The notes: generated from the letters alone by a model not told the origin. A stretch of 40,239 bases of DNA from an uncultured Clostridia bacterium (GCA_947624185.1 CANQJG010000003.1:1-40239), one strand, 5' to 3'. Positions 10,218 to 20,073 are shown, counted from the stretch's first letter. Made by a program: numbers and translations.

Positions 10218-11225
10218 CTATTTTTTTCTTCTTTTTATGAAATCACCAATTTGATTCCATTTTAGAATAATTGCTTCTATTATTATAACTGATAAAATGG
10301 TTAATGTAAATAGCCATACTGGCATTGTTATAGTTTTTACGCCTACACTCATATTAGCATCTACGTCATTTGTGTCTGCCACAGATATTGGCGATTCTTT
10401 TCTAATTACTTTTAATTTATATGTTAAATCTTTTTCATCATTGGTTAATTTTAATAATATTTCATTTTCTCCAACTTGTAATTTATCAGGTTTTTCGATT
10501 TTCAAATAATCTGAATATGGACCTGCATCAGTTACCAATTTCAAATCGACTATTTCATTTTCAACTTCTAAATTATATTCAAATACATCTACATTAAATG
10601 TTGGACTAAAGCTTATATCCTGCTCTTCCCCGTTTTCCTTGATTCCTTTGACTGTTAATCCGTAAATTCCAAATTCAGGTGTTGCTTCTTCAGGAATAAT
10701 TGTTTCTTCAGGTAAATCAGTCGTTTTTTTATTATTATTTGTTTGAGTTTTTGTATTGGTTTTAGGTTGTGTATTGGTGTTAGTTTTTGGAGTAGATGAT
10801 GTTCCAGTATTGGTACTGCCTTGGTTGCTAGTTTCAGGTGGAGTCACTTCAACAGGCTTTTCAGTAATTGTAATACTTCTACTTGATGCAGAAGTTATGA
10901 AATCCGCATTTACATCTGAAGTTGTTACACTAGTGCTTGATACTGGCGCAACAGTAACTTTTCCTGTTCCAGTTGCATTTGCTTTACCGCTTAATGATAG
11001 CTGTCCGTCAACCCACACATTTCCACTAGGCGATACACTTATATTACTAGTACAACTAATATTTACATATCCATTAATTCCGGAAATTGTCACAGAAAAT
11101 GAATCCCCTACATAAGCAGAAGTTTTGCTTATGCTCATCCCAATAGCTGCTGCATGTACTTTTGTTCCGTATAATAGGCTCAAAATAACTGCTAAAATTA
11201 CAACAATATGTACTTTATTTTTCAT
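10218..11225 (-). CDS. Surface protein: signal peptide, beta-rich N-domain, T/N/P linker, cadherin-like beta-sandwich, C-terminal TM helix
   Basis: FSPTFNVDVFEYNLEV...LQVGENEI...TYKLKVIR matches the cadherin-like pattern; hydrophobic C-terminus with basic tail. Confidence 0.7.
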   Translation of the reverse strand: MKNKVHIVVILAVILSLLYGTKVHAAAIGMSISKTSAYVGDSFSVTISGINGYVNISCTSNISVSPSGNVWVDGQLSLSGKANATGTGKVTVAPVSSTSVTTSDVNADFITSASSRSITITEKPVEVTPPETSNQGSTNTGTSSTPKTNTNTQPKTNTKTQTNNNKKTTDLPEETIIPEEATPEFGIYGLTVKGIKENGEEQDISFSPTFNVDVFEYNLEVENEIVDLKLVTDAGPYSDYLKIEKPDKLQVGENEILLKLTNDEKDLTYKLKVIRKESPISVADTNDVDANMSVGVKTITMPVWLFTLTILSVIIIEAIILKWNQIGDFIKRRKK

Positions 11226-11243
11226 TTTACTATCCTTCCTTTA

Positions 11244-12947
11244 TTACCTTTTTTCAATTTTTTTCAAATTCATAATATCATTTTTTATAAATGTGTAATC
11301 TCTCGTTGTTATTACATTGTCGTTATCAACATCAGCAGTTGATTTCATTATTTCAGAACTTATTTTTTTAAGATTCATAATGTCATTTTTTATAAATGTA
11401 TAATCTCTTGCTGTTATTATTCCGTCTCCGTCTACATCTCCATACAATTTCGTGATATAGGTTTGCACAACATTTTTGTCGCTATCTAAAATCTCTATTT
11501 TTGCACTTGTGCCGACATAAATATTATCCTTAGATAAATATGTTATGTTAATTTCAAAATCTTTTGGAATATTAAAATGTTTTATAAAATTCTCTTTATT
11601 AGTTTCCCTGTCAAAATTGCTTATTACTCCATTTTCTTCTTTGTAATCAATAATTTCTATTTTTTGCTCTTCAGATAATTTAGTTACATTTATTGTTATT
11701 GAAGCCTCTACATTAAATTTCTCAATTGTGGCTGTAATCTTTGTATTACCAGCTTTTAAGCCTTGCACTAGTCCATTACTGTCAACACTAGCAATATTCT
11801 CATCTTCACTTTTCCATACAACATCACAATCTAATTTTCCAATGTCAGTAAATAGCTGTATTTTGTTACCTTCAATTACGCTGGTTTCAGCACCATTTTC
11901 AATATCTATATGTGGCTGGATTGTATTTACAGTAATTTCCTTCTTTATTGCTTCATTTCCGTCAGCAATTGCAGTAACCTTTGCAGTTCCTTCCGCTATT
12001 GCTTCAATCACACCATTTTCATCAACTTTTACAATAGATGAATCGCTTGACTTCCATATAACCTTTTTATTTTTTGCAGAGTCAGGCTTAATTGTTGCAT
12101 TTACTGTCTGCTTTTCGCCTACAAATAATGTTAAATCATCTTTATCTAAAGTAATAGAATTTGGAACTTCCGTTTTTAACTTCAAATTAAAATGTTCAAC
12201 AATCGCTTGACCGTCAGCTTCCCCAATTCTTTTCAATTTTTCATCAGTATTAATAAATTGAAAATCAGAGCCTCTGATAAAAGCGTGTTCAATTAAAATC
12301 GCTTGTATGCCAGAACCATTTGAGAAATTAATTCCTCTATCATCTCCAGGACCTTTCATACAATATCTAATTATTCCATAATAATCAGCCCTGCTACCGT
12401 CATAATATTGCCACTTCTCTTCTGTATCATTGCATAATCTTGTTTTAACTCCCCTAGATGCAATTCCAATACGTCCTAAATTTCTCAAAATAAGCTCGCC
12501 AATCTCTTTGGATTCATCATAATACTTGTATTGCTCTCTACGAGATGTAACATAAACTTCTGCACCATTTGCTTCTTCATAAATAGAGCCAGTCGCATTA
12601 TAATGCAAGCAAAGCAGTAAATCAGCATTGTTATTTCTTGCAACCATTGATCTATCAACTATTTCCATTTCTTGATTATCAGCCAATCCGTCATGTGTCA
12701 TTATAATATTTATTCCATAATAATTATTTAAATAATCTCTCAAATATCTCGTAGTTTTTAAATTAATGTCCTTTTCCATAATACCATAATCATAGTTTAT
12801 TGAACCAAACTCATGACCACCATGTCCCGGATCAAGCACTATTGTCATTGTTTTAACAGTTTCGGCAAAACACAAATTTTTTGAAAAAATTATATATAAA
12901 AATATTATAATTAATGTTGTTACAATTTTTTTTGCATAAATTTTCAC
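11244..12947 (-). CDS. N-acetylmuramoyl-L-alanine amidase (Amidase_3) with two Ig-like Big_2 domains and a C-terminal dockerin-like domain
   Basis: IVLDPGHGG, EKDINL, LHYNA, ILIEHAFI; WKSSDSSIVKVDENG and WKSEDENIASVDSNG; duplicated GDVDGDG.IT.RDY / ADVDNDN.IT.RDY; GTG start. Confidence 0.88.
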   Translation of the reverse strand: MKIYAKKIVTTLIIIFLYIIFSKNLCFAETVKTMTIVLDPGHGGHEFGSINYDYGIMEKDINLKTTRYLRDYLNNYYGINIIMTHDGLADNQEMEIVDRSMVARNNNADLLLCLHYNATGSIYEEANGAEVYVTSRREQYKYYDESKEIGELILRNLGRIGIASRGVKTRLCNDTEEKWQYYDGSRADYYGIIRYCMKGPGDDRGINFSNGSGIQAILIEHAFIRGSDFQFINTDEKLKRIGEADGQAIVEHFNLKLKTEVPNSITLDKDDLTLFVGEKQTVNATIKPDSAKNKKVIWKSSDSSIVKVDENGVIEAIAEGTAKVTAIADGNEAIKKEITVNTIQPHIDIENGAETSVIEGNKIQLFTDIGKLDCDVVWKSEDENIASVDSNGLVQGLKAGNTKITATIEKFNVEASITINVTKLSEEQKIEIIDYKEENGVISNFDRETNKENFIKHFNIPKDFEINITYLSKDNIYVGTSAKIEILDSDKNVVQTYITKLYGDVDGDGIITARDYTFIKNDIMNLKKISSEIMKSTADVDNDNVITTRDYTFIKNDIMNLKKIEKR

Positions 12948-12959
12948 TTTTATTAGAAT

Positions 12960-13002
12960 TCCTTTCCTGCTTTTGTTATCCTATCTGCAAAAGCACAAAT
13001 TA
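12960..13002 (-). promoter_or_regulatory. Conserved leader hairpin abutting the RBS (copy 2, amidase)
   Basis: Minus strand aatttgtgcttttgcagataggataacaaaagcaggaaagga; 8-bp perfect stem. Confidence 0.5.
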
Positions 13003-13327
13003 ATTCAAAAATTTAATATTTGTATTTAATATTGATTTAGAAAAGTTTTGTTAAATTCTTTTTAATTATATTTTAATATATTAATAATTTCAATATTTTT
13101 GCGTATTATTACAAAAATTTAATATATTTACTTTGCCGAATCGCTTTTTGATTAAAGAATTTAATATAAAAAATTACATTTTTTTGTTTGCTGAATTTAA
13201 TATAAAAAAACGAACTTATATAAACATTTACTAATTTTTGAAAAATTTTCTTGTTCGATTTTTCTGAATAAATAATTTTAAATTGTAAAAAATAAAAATG
13301 ACGAAAAAAGTCAAAAGGAGGTTTATT

Positions 13328-13822
13328 ATGCGCAAAAAAATGTCGATAATAGCCACCATATCAATTTTAATAATATGTTTGATTAGTAGTTTTGTCTTCG
13401 CAACATCCGGAGATTCAATGTTAACAAATGCAGTAGATGATACAGCAAATGTAATTAACAATGGTGGTCAAATGGTAGGAAACGTTATAGAAGACGGCGG
13501 AGCTATGGTTGGTAATGTTGCTCGTGACGGAGCAGAAATGATGTCTGAAAATATGGTAGATGGAAATACAGCAATTGCCAATGGAATAATAGATAGTCAA
13601 ACTATTGATGATGTTGGTGGAGATGCCAAAAATGCAGTTGAAACAATGACAACAGGAAATGTTTTATCAGGAAATAGTATGTCAAATTATAAAATTTTGG
13701 GATTAAATTTATCTGTTTGGATGTGGATAATTTTAATAATTATTATAATCGTTGTTATAGTTTTAATTTGCAAATATATGCAAGACCATGATGACAATAA
13801 TGATGATGACGATGATGAATAA
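13328..13822 (+). CDS. Exported low-complexity protein with C-terminal TM helix and acidic tail
   Basis: AGGAGG RBS before ATG 13328; signal peptide; 11-aa quasi-repeats; WMWIILIIIIIVVIVLIC helix. Confidence 0.75.
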   Translation: MRKKMSIIATISILIICLISSFVFATSGDSMLTNAVDDTANVINNGGQMVGNVIEDGGAMVGNVARDGAEMMSENMVDGNTAIANGIIDSQTIDDVGGDAKNAVETMTTGNVLSGNSMSNYKILGLNLSVWMWIILIIIIIVVIVLICKYMQDHDDNNDDDDDE

Positions 13823-13842
13823 AACGTCCTTGCAAAAAGTTA

Positions 13843-13876
13843 CCCCAAGATATATCTTAATCGATAAATCTTGGGG
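13843..13876. terminator. Probable bidirectional terminator
   Basis: ccccaagat.tatc / gata.atcttgggg stem between convergent genes. Confidence 0.7.
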
Positions 13877-13929
13877 ATTAAATTATTGATTTATTTATAC
13901 ATTTTAATTATATTTATTAGTAGTATTTA

Positions 13930-14859
13930 TCAAGCTTTATTGCTTGAACCAAATACATCTTTTATTTTATGCTTTACACAATCTTTTATATAATCTCTTC
14001 CAAGTCCCAAATATTTTCTTGGGTCAAACACTTCCGGATTTTCAACAAATACTTTTCTGATTCCTGCTGTCATTGCTAATCTTAGGTCTGTATCTACATT
14101 TATTTTTGACACTCCCCTTTGGCTGGCTTCATGCAACATTTCATCAGGCACGCCTTTGGCTCCCGGCATGTTTCCTCCATAAGTGTTACACATTTCAACG
14201 TATTCAGGTACTACTGTTGATGCTCCATGCAATACTATTGGAGTTTCAGGAATCAATGCTTTTATTTTTTCTAAAATATCAAAACGTAATTTTGCTTCTC
14301 CTTTAAATTTATATGCTCCATGGCTTGTTCCAATTGCTATTGCTAGTGAATCGCAATTTGTTTTTTGTACAAATTCTAATGCTTGTTCAGGGTCTGTATA
14401 CATACTGTCTTCTTGTGCTACATTTACGTCATCTTCGATTCCTGCTAATTTTCCAATCTCTGCTTCAACTACTACTCCACGGCTATGAGCATAATCTACT
14501 ACTTGTTTTGTTAATTCTACATTTTGTTCAAAATCATATTTTGAACCATCAATCATTACTGATGTATAGCCATTATCTATACATAGTTTACATGTTTCAA
14601 AGTCAGGTCCATGATCTAAATGTAATGCTACTGGTACGTCATGTTCCTCCAATCCTGCTTCTATCATGTGTTTTAAATATGGTATTCTTGCATATTTCAA
14701 AGCACTTGATGATGTTTGCAATATTACTGGTGAATTTTCTTCTGCTGCAGCATCTAATATTGCTTGTACAAATTCCATATTATTTATGTTAAATGCTCCG
14801 ATTGCAAATTTTTCATCTAGTGATTTTTTAAACATTTCTTTAGTTGTTACTAGTGGCAT
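13930..14859 (-). CDS. fba: Class II fructose-1,6-bisphosphate aldolase
   Basis: LHLDHG, SVMIDGS, VEAEIG, AIGTSHGAYK, VLHGAS, KINVDTDLR; start at ATG 14859 after GGAGG. Confidence 0.96.
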   Translation of the reverse strand: MPLVTTKEMFKKSLDEKFAIGAFNINNMEFVQAILDAAAEENSPVILQTSSSALKYARIPYLKHMIEAGLEEHDVPVALHLDHGPDFETCKLCIDNGYTSVMIDGSKYDFEQNVELTKQVVDYAHSRGVVVEAEIGKLAGIEDDVNVAQEDSMYTDPEQALEFVQKTNCDSLAIAIGTSHGAYKFKGEAKLRFDILEKIKALIPETPIVLHGASTVVPEYVEMCNTYGGNMPGAKGVPDEMLHEASQRGVSKINVDTDLRLAMTAGIRKVFVENPEVFDPRKYLGLGRDYIKDCVKHKIKDVFGSSNKA

Positions 14860-14888
14860 TTCTTTTCCCTCCATTATTAATATCTACT

Positions 14889-14913
14889 AACGTTGATTAC
14901 ACACTAATCAACG
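14889..14913. promoter_or_regulatory. Perfect 11-bp palindrome in the fba leader
   Basis: aacgttgatta-cac-taatcaacgtt between promoter and RBS. Confidence 0.55.
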
Positions 14914-14935
14914 TTTCTATATTTAATACAACCTT

Positions 14936-14964
14936 ATTATATTTCTAAAAAATTCTATTGTCAA
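14936..14964 (-). promoter_or_regulatory. Sigma-A promoter of fba
   Basis: TTGACA-17 bp-TATAAT on the minus strand. Confidence 0.8.
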
Positions 14965-14980
14965 TTATTTTATTAAAATA

Positions 14981-15008
14981 ACTCGCATGTATTTCATAAC
15001 ATACGAGT
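14981..15008 (-). terminator. Intrinsic terminator
   Basis: Minus strand actcgtatgt-8 nt-acatgcgagt followed by tattttt. Confidence 0.75.
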
Positions 15009-15051
15009 CTTGGTTAACCATTAATTATTAATATAATACACGGTTTATCAC

Positions 15052-15435
15052 TTAAACTTTTTTCCATAAAGTATCTAAACCATCATTTTCAATAACTTTG
15101 TCTTCTAGTTTTTCTTTTTTACCTTTTTTGCTAGATTTCTTTGATTTTACGCTCTTTTTGAAGTCAACTTCAATTCTGTCTAACCAAAGGAAAGATAAAA
15201 ATGAAATAAATGTGAACAATTCATCAACTAGAATACATATTGCTAAAGTTTTAATATTTTCAACTGTAGCGTTTGCTAATTCTATTGTATGTCCTACTAG
15301 CAATGTGATGAAGCAAAGTAACATAATACATGCTACTGTGTTTGACCTATTGTTTCTTGCTAGGAATAAACATAATAAAAATAGAACTAATGCTGTTATT
15401 AAATAAAATGGCTGTGTAAAATCGATAATTGGCAT
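15052..15435 (-). CDS. Small three-TM membrane protein of unknown function
   Basis: AAGGAGG RBS before ATG 15435; three hydrophobic segments; Lys-rich tail. Confidence 0.75.
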   Translation of the reverse strand: MPIIDFTQPFYLITALVLFLLCLFLARNNRSNTVACIMLLCFITLLVGHTIELANATVENIKTLAICILVDELFTFISFLSFLWLDRIEVDFKKSVKSKKSSKKGKKEKLEDKVIENDGLDTLWKKV

Positions 15436-15635
15436 AATTATTTCCTCCTTTGTTATTCTGTATATATAATACATTATTAATTTACATTTTTCAATATATT
15501 TTGTGTTAATTTTATATTACATTATTATTACAATATTGCAATTTTTTGTATCCCTTTTATTATCTGCTTTTATAGACTTTCAATGTTCTTATTAAATACT
15601 CTATGTTGCTAAACTTAAACTATCTTTTATTTAAT

Positions 15636-17051
15636 TCATTTTTTCTTTATTTTATTTATTACTGCTCTTATCATTGTCATATTATTTAACACACTGTATG
15701 CTACTGCAATTACTAGTGATATTACATTGAATATCCAATACATTGGTGTTGGAATAAATGGCATATATTTTGTATAATAAGCTAGACATACTATTGTTAG
15801 TATTATTGTAGGACCTACCCACTTTAATTCTTTTAGTTTTACATATTTTTTTAATTTATTTCTTCTATAAAAATATACTATCAAATCTGCTATTAATGTT
15901 GATATGCAAGCTGCATAGATACCTATTAATTTTACCAATAGCAAATCTATTACTAGGTTAATGGTTGCTGCAACCAATGTAGTTGTTCCCATTATCTTAG
16001 TGTCTTTAAACGCTGAGAATATTCCACCAAAATAGCTAGACAAGTTAGAATAATATGTTGCAATCATTATTAATGGTATGTAAATATATGCTTCATCATA
16101 AGCTTTATTTATTAAAATTGGAAATGCAAAAGGCATTACTGCGATTAAGCATATCGTTACTGCGAACAATAATCTTTTTGTGTCATGATAAATGCTATTA
16201 TAATATTTATTTTTATTTTCTTCCTTTGTAATCCTTGCTGCTGATTCCTTCCATGCAGTATAGAAATATCCATATACTACGCTTATTATGTTTGGGAATT
16301 TACTTGCCATTGCATAGATTCCATTTGCTGCTGAGCTTATTAATTGTGTTAAAATTATTCTGTCTGACATATTTATTATGCTCCATGATATGCTGTTTGG
16401 CACAAGTGGGACAGAATATTTTATCATTTCCTTCATTAAAGGCTTATCATATTTTCCAAAATAGTTCCATAATCTTAACATTACAAATATTACAATTGCT
16501 GTTGCTATATTTGCTATCGTGTTCGCCCATAGAAGTCCTTCTGCTCCTGCTTTTAGCGCTACTATGAAAAATATATTTAATATTATTGTTACTATTCCTA
16601 ATATGAAATTAGAAAGTGAGTACAATTTTATTTTACTTAATCCTCTTGCCAGCGCATTGCTTAACCCAATGAATATATTTGAAATAACGAACATTATAAA
16701 TGCCAAAATTAGTGAACTTGTATAATTTATTAAATTAAGTATCAATATCGCTAATGGGACAAATATCACAATTCCAAATAAAGTATACAATATCGTTTGT
16801 CCAATTATTTTCTTTTCCTCTTTTTTACTGCTGGCATCTATCAAGAATCTAAACATAGATTCTTCCATGAGCAATGTGATTATTGGACATAGGAATAACG
16901 ATACAGTACATACAAAATCATAAGTTCCATATTCTGAAGGCGACAGCCTAGATGTATACAATGGCAACAATATGTACGATATTATTTGTGTACTTATCTT
17001 TCCTATTGCTATAATTAAAGTATTTTTTACTAACTGTTTCTTTTGATTCAT
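15636..17051 (-). CDS. Wzx-like oligosaccharide flippase
   Basis: LVKNTLIIAIG...LLPLYT..LSPSEYG; YSVPLVPNSISW.I.NMSDR; many TM helices. Confidence 0.88.
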   Translation of the reverse strand: MNQKKQLVKNTLIIAIGKISTQIISYILLPLYTSRLSPSEYGTYDFVCTVSLFLCPIITLLMEESMFRFLIDASSKKEEKKIIGQTILYTLFGIVIFVPLAILILNLINYTSSLILAFIMFVISNIFIGLSNALARGLSKIKLYSLSNFILGIVTIILNIFFIVALKAGAEGLLWANTIANIATAIVIFVMLRLWNYFGKYDKPLMKEMIKYSVPLVPNSISWSIINMSDRIILTQLISSAANGIYAMASKFPNIISVVYGYFYTAWKESAARITKEENKNKYYNSIYHDTKRLLFAVTICLIAVMPFAFPILINKAYDEAYIYIPLIMIATYYSNLSSYFGGIFSAFKDTKIMGTTTLVAATINLVIDLLLVKLIGIYAACISTLIADLIVYFYRRNKLKKYVKLKELKWVGPTIILTIVCLAYYTKYMPFIPTPMYWIFNVISLVIAVAYSVLNNMTMIRAVINKIKKK

Positions 17052-17075
17052 TTTTCTCCCTTATTATTTATAATT

Positions 17076-17552
17076 TTAAGACTCTAATCCTAATAAATCT
17101 TGAATTTCATTTTTTAATTCTTTTTTGAAATTTTTATTATTGCTCTTATATTTTTTTGGAGTAAATTGCATATCTAATAATTTAGGCAAATCTTTGAAAT
17201 CTCTCATTGGTATAATATAACCGTCTTTTGCAAATGTTTCTAGAATTTGTTCTTGATGATTATTTACGTGCTCTTTATACTCTTTTTTTCTTGCAACAAC
17301 TATCATTGTTTTATTCATTTTAAGTCCTTGAATTATTGTGCCAACTCCTGCGTGAGTAATTACAACTCTAGCTTTTTTCATATATCTATTAAATTCTTGT
17401 TCAGTAAGATATTTATGAATCTCGATTTTGTCAGATGAATAATCTGTTGATCCTACTTGGGCAATTATTTTTTCCTTGGTATCTAATTTATCAACCGCTT
17501 CAATCAGCCTTTTAAACTTTTTATCTTGAGTTCCCAATGTTACAAATATCAA
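17076..17552 (-). CDS. PssE/Cps14G-like glycosyltransferase (Alg13-like half)
   Basis: IFVTLGTQ..KFKRL, VITHAGVGTI, EHVNNHQ; probable TTG start overlapping the upstream stop. Confidence 0.88.
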   Translation of the reverse strand: MIFVTLGTQDKKFKRLIEAVDKLDTKEKIIAQVGSTDYSSDKIEIHKYLTEQEFNRYMKKARVVITHAGVGTIIQGLKMNKTMIVVARKKEYKEHVNNHQEQILETFAKDGYIIPMRDFKDLPKLLDMQFTPKKYKSNNKNFKKELKNEIQDLLGLES

Positions 17553-18013
17553 TATATCCACCCCCAATATTTAGCTTTAGGATACAATTTCTTCATTTCT
17601 TCCCATTGAACTACAAAGGTGTCTGCTATCGGGTATACAAGCCTTCCTGCTAGCGTTTTAGTTGTTATATTTGCAAATGTTTCTATCCATATTACTTTTG
17701 CTCCAAATAATTTTGCAATATAACACATTGGCACCGCTGTATGAGTACCAGTTGTTACAATTACTTTTGGTTTTATTTTTAAAAATAAGTATAGACTAAT
17801 AAATATGTTAAACAAAAATATGAAAAAGTATCTAATTGGTGTTCTCCTTGTTCCATATATTAAGAAATGTGCTTTATCTCCATATTTTTGCTTTATTTCT
17901 TTGCTTGCATCTGTTTTTTCAGTTACGACTGAATAATCATAACTTTCAAAGTCAAGCTGTCTGAGTTCGCTTAAGTGTCCACCTATACTTGATATAAACA
18001 TTACCTTTGTCAT
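17549..18013 (-). CDS. PssD/Cps14F-like glycosyltransferase partner (Alg14-like half)
   Basis: SSIGGHLSEL, IVTTG, WIETFA, FVVQWEEM. Confidence 0.88.
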   Translation of the reverse strand: MTKVMFISSIGGHLSELRQLDFESYDYSVVTEKTDASKEIKQKYGDKAHFLIYGTRRTPIRYFFIFLFNIFISLYLFLKIKPKVIVTTGTHTAVPMCYIAKLFGAKVIWIETFANITTKTLAGRLVYPIADTFVVQWEEMKKLYPKAKYWGWIY

Positions 18014-18119
18014 TTAAAAAGTCCTTTCAACTACTCTATCTTTCAACTAATTTATTTTATTCTCATTAGTAATTCTATATATGATTTTTTCGGGTACAAA
18101 ATTTAATATGTTTATTCAA

Positions 18120-20057
18120 TTACATTTTATCGGGAACTTCTATTCCTAAAAGTTTTAGTGAATTTTCTAATGTTACTTTTGTCATGTATGTTAAATACAA
18201 ACGTGCATTTTGACTTTCTTGGTCATCACTTATTATTTTATTTTTATCATAAAATACTCCATAAGCTTTCGCTACATCTATACTGTATCTTGTAATTATT
18301 GAAGGTTCATTTTTTTCTAAGCTATTTAATATTATTTGCTTGAAACTACTGATTAATTTTATAAGTTTTATACTAGCGTCATCTGTCAAGATTTTATAAT
18401 TTATGCCTTCTTTTACATTTGTATTATTTGTACTGTTTTCATTTATATTGTCTGCACTATTCTTATTATTTAGAGCTTTTTCTAATACACTTTTAGTTCT
18501 TACAGCCATGTATTGAACATAAGGTCCAGTTTCTCCATTAAAGTTAAGAGCTTCATTTAAATCAAATACTTGATTTTTTATTCTCGACTCTTTTAAATCT
18601 TCGAAAATAACTGCTCCTATTCCAACTTGCTTTGATACTACATCTTTATTATCCAAGTTTCTGTCTTGCATGATTTCTTTTGCTTTTGCAATCGATTCAT
18701 TTAGCAAGTCTTCCACCTTTACAAAATTGCCTTTACGAGTTGACATTTTGCCTTCAGGAAGCATAATCATACCATAACTTACATGTTCTAATCCATTTGT
18801 GTATTTTTCATCTAAATCTAAATATTTAGCTACTTCAAAAATTTGTTTGAAATGTAAATTCTGCTCTTCTCCAACTACATATATACATTTGTCGTAATCA
18901 TAAGTTCTAGCTCTATATAAAATTGCTGCTAAATCACGTGTTGCATAGATTGATGAACCATTAGCTTTTTGTATGATACAAGGTGTTTTTATACCTTTGT
19001 CTTCTAAATCTACCACTCTTGCTCCTTGTGATTCTATAAGCCTTCCGTTTTTTTCCAAAATGTCTATAACTTCTTGCATTTTATCTGAATAAAAAGCTTC
19101 TCCATTATATGAATCAAATTTTACGTTAAGCAATTCATATATTTTTTGAAATTCTTTTAAGCTTAACTCTTTAAATTCGTTCCATAATTTAACGCAATAT
19201 TCATCTCCGTCTTCAAGTTTTTTAAATGTTTCTCTACACTCTTCTAGTACATTTTCATCTTGTTCACATAATTCATTTATTTTTTTATATATTTCTGAAA
19301 GCTTGTCTATTGGATTCTCGGTTAAATCATAGTCCTTACCCCACCTTTTATATCCTTCTATTAGTTTTGCAAATTGTGTACCATAGTCTCCTAAATGGTT
19401 TAGGCTCAAGGTTTCAAAACCACAGTTTTTATAAATCTTATAAAGTGAGTTTCCTATTATAGTTGTTTTTAAATGTCCAATATGAAATGGCTTAGCAATG
19501 TTAGGCGACGAATATTCTACTAATACTTTCTTTCCTTCTCCAATATTCATTTTGCCATATTCATCTTTTTGCTCATCAAATAATTCAATTGCTTGTTTTA
19601 CAATTTGAGATTTATCAATATAAAAATTTAAATAGCCACTTATTGATTCCACTTTTTCAATTATTGAAACGTTGTTTTTCTGCTTTATTTGTGTATTATC
19701 ATTTTCTTGCACATTTGAGTTTGTTTGTACTTCTTCATCTCTTTGTGTGTCTTTATTTTCTTGCACGTTTGAGTTTGTTTTTGCTTCTTCATTTGCTTGC
19801 TGTTTTGAACCTGCTTTTACATCATCATTAATCTGTGCTTTCAACTTGTCAGCTATCATGTTTGGAGCTTGTCTTAATATTTTTGCAAGCCTAAAACAAG
19901 GGAAGGCATAATCTCCGTTGCTTTCTTCTTTTGGAACTTCTATATAATCTTTTATGTCATTTTCAGTTAGTTCGCAACCGTTGTCAATGCTTTCCTCCTT
20001 CATGCAATTCTGTAAATTAGTATATATTAATTTCGCTATTATTTCTTTAAAATCCAT
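18120..20057 (-). CDS. argS: Arginyl-tRNA synthetase with low-complexity insertions
   Basis: GDYAFPCF, VEYSSPNIAKPFHIGH, GDYGTQF, YATRDLAA, KMSTRKG, GETGPYVQY, C-terminal VPDKM. Confidence 0.96.
   Translation of the reverse strand: MDFKEIIAKLIYTNLQNCMKEESIDNGCELTENDIKDYIEVPKEESNGDYAFPCFRLAKILRQAPNMIADKLKAQINDDVKAGSKQQANEEAKTNSNVQENKDTQRDEEVQTNSNVQENDNTQIKQKNNVSIIEKVESISGYLNFYIDKSQIVKQAIELFDEQKDEYGKMNIGEGKKVLVEYSSPNIAKPFHIGHLKTTIIGNSLYKIYKNCGFETLSLNHLGDYGTQFAKLIEGYKRWGKDYDLTENPIDKLSEIYKKINELCEQDENVLEECRETFKKLEDGDEYCVKLWNEFKELSLKEFQKIYELLNVKFDSYNGEAFYSDKMQEVIDILEKNGRLIESQGARVVDLEDKGIKTPCIIQKANGSSIYATRDLAAILYRARTYDYDKCIYVVGEEQNLHFKQIFEVAKYLDLDEKYTNGLEHVSYGMIMLPEGKMSTRKGNFVKVEDLLNESIAKAKEIMQDRNLDNKDVVSKQVGIGAVIFEDLKESRIKNQVFDLNEALNFNGETGPYVQYMAVRTKSVLEKALNNKNSADNINENSTNNTNVKEGINYKILTDDASIKLIKLISSFKQIILNSLEKNEPSIITRYSIDVAKAYGVFYDKNKIISDDQESQNARLYLTYMTKVTLENSLKLLGIEVPDKM
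19688..19795. repeat. 2 x 54-bp in-frame tandem repeat inside argS
   Basis: Encodes NEEAKTNSNVQENKDTQR / DEEVQTNSNVQENDNTQI. Confidence 0.85.
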
Positions 20058-20073
20058 AGAATTCTCCTAACCA

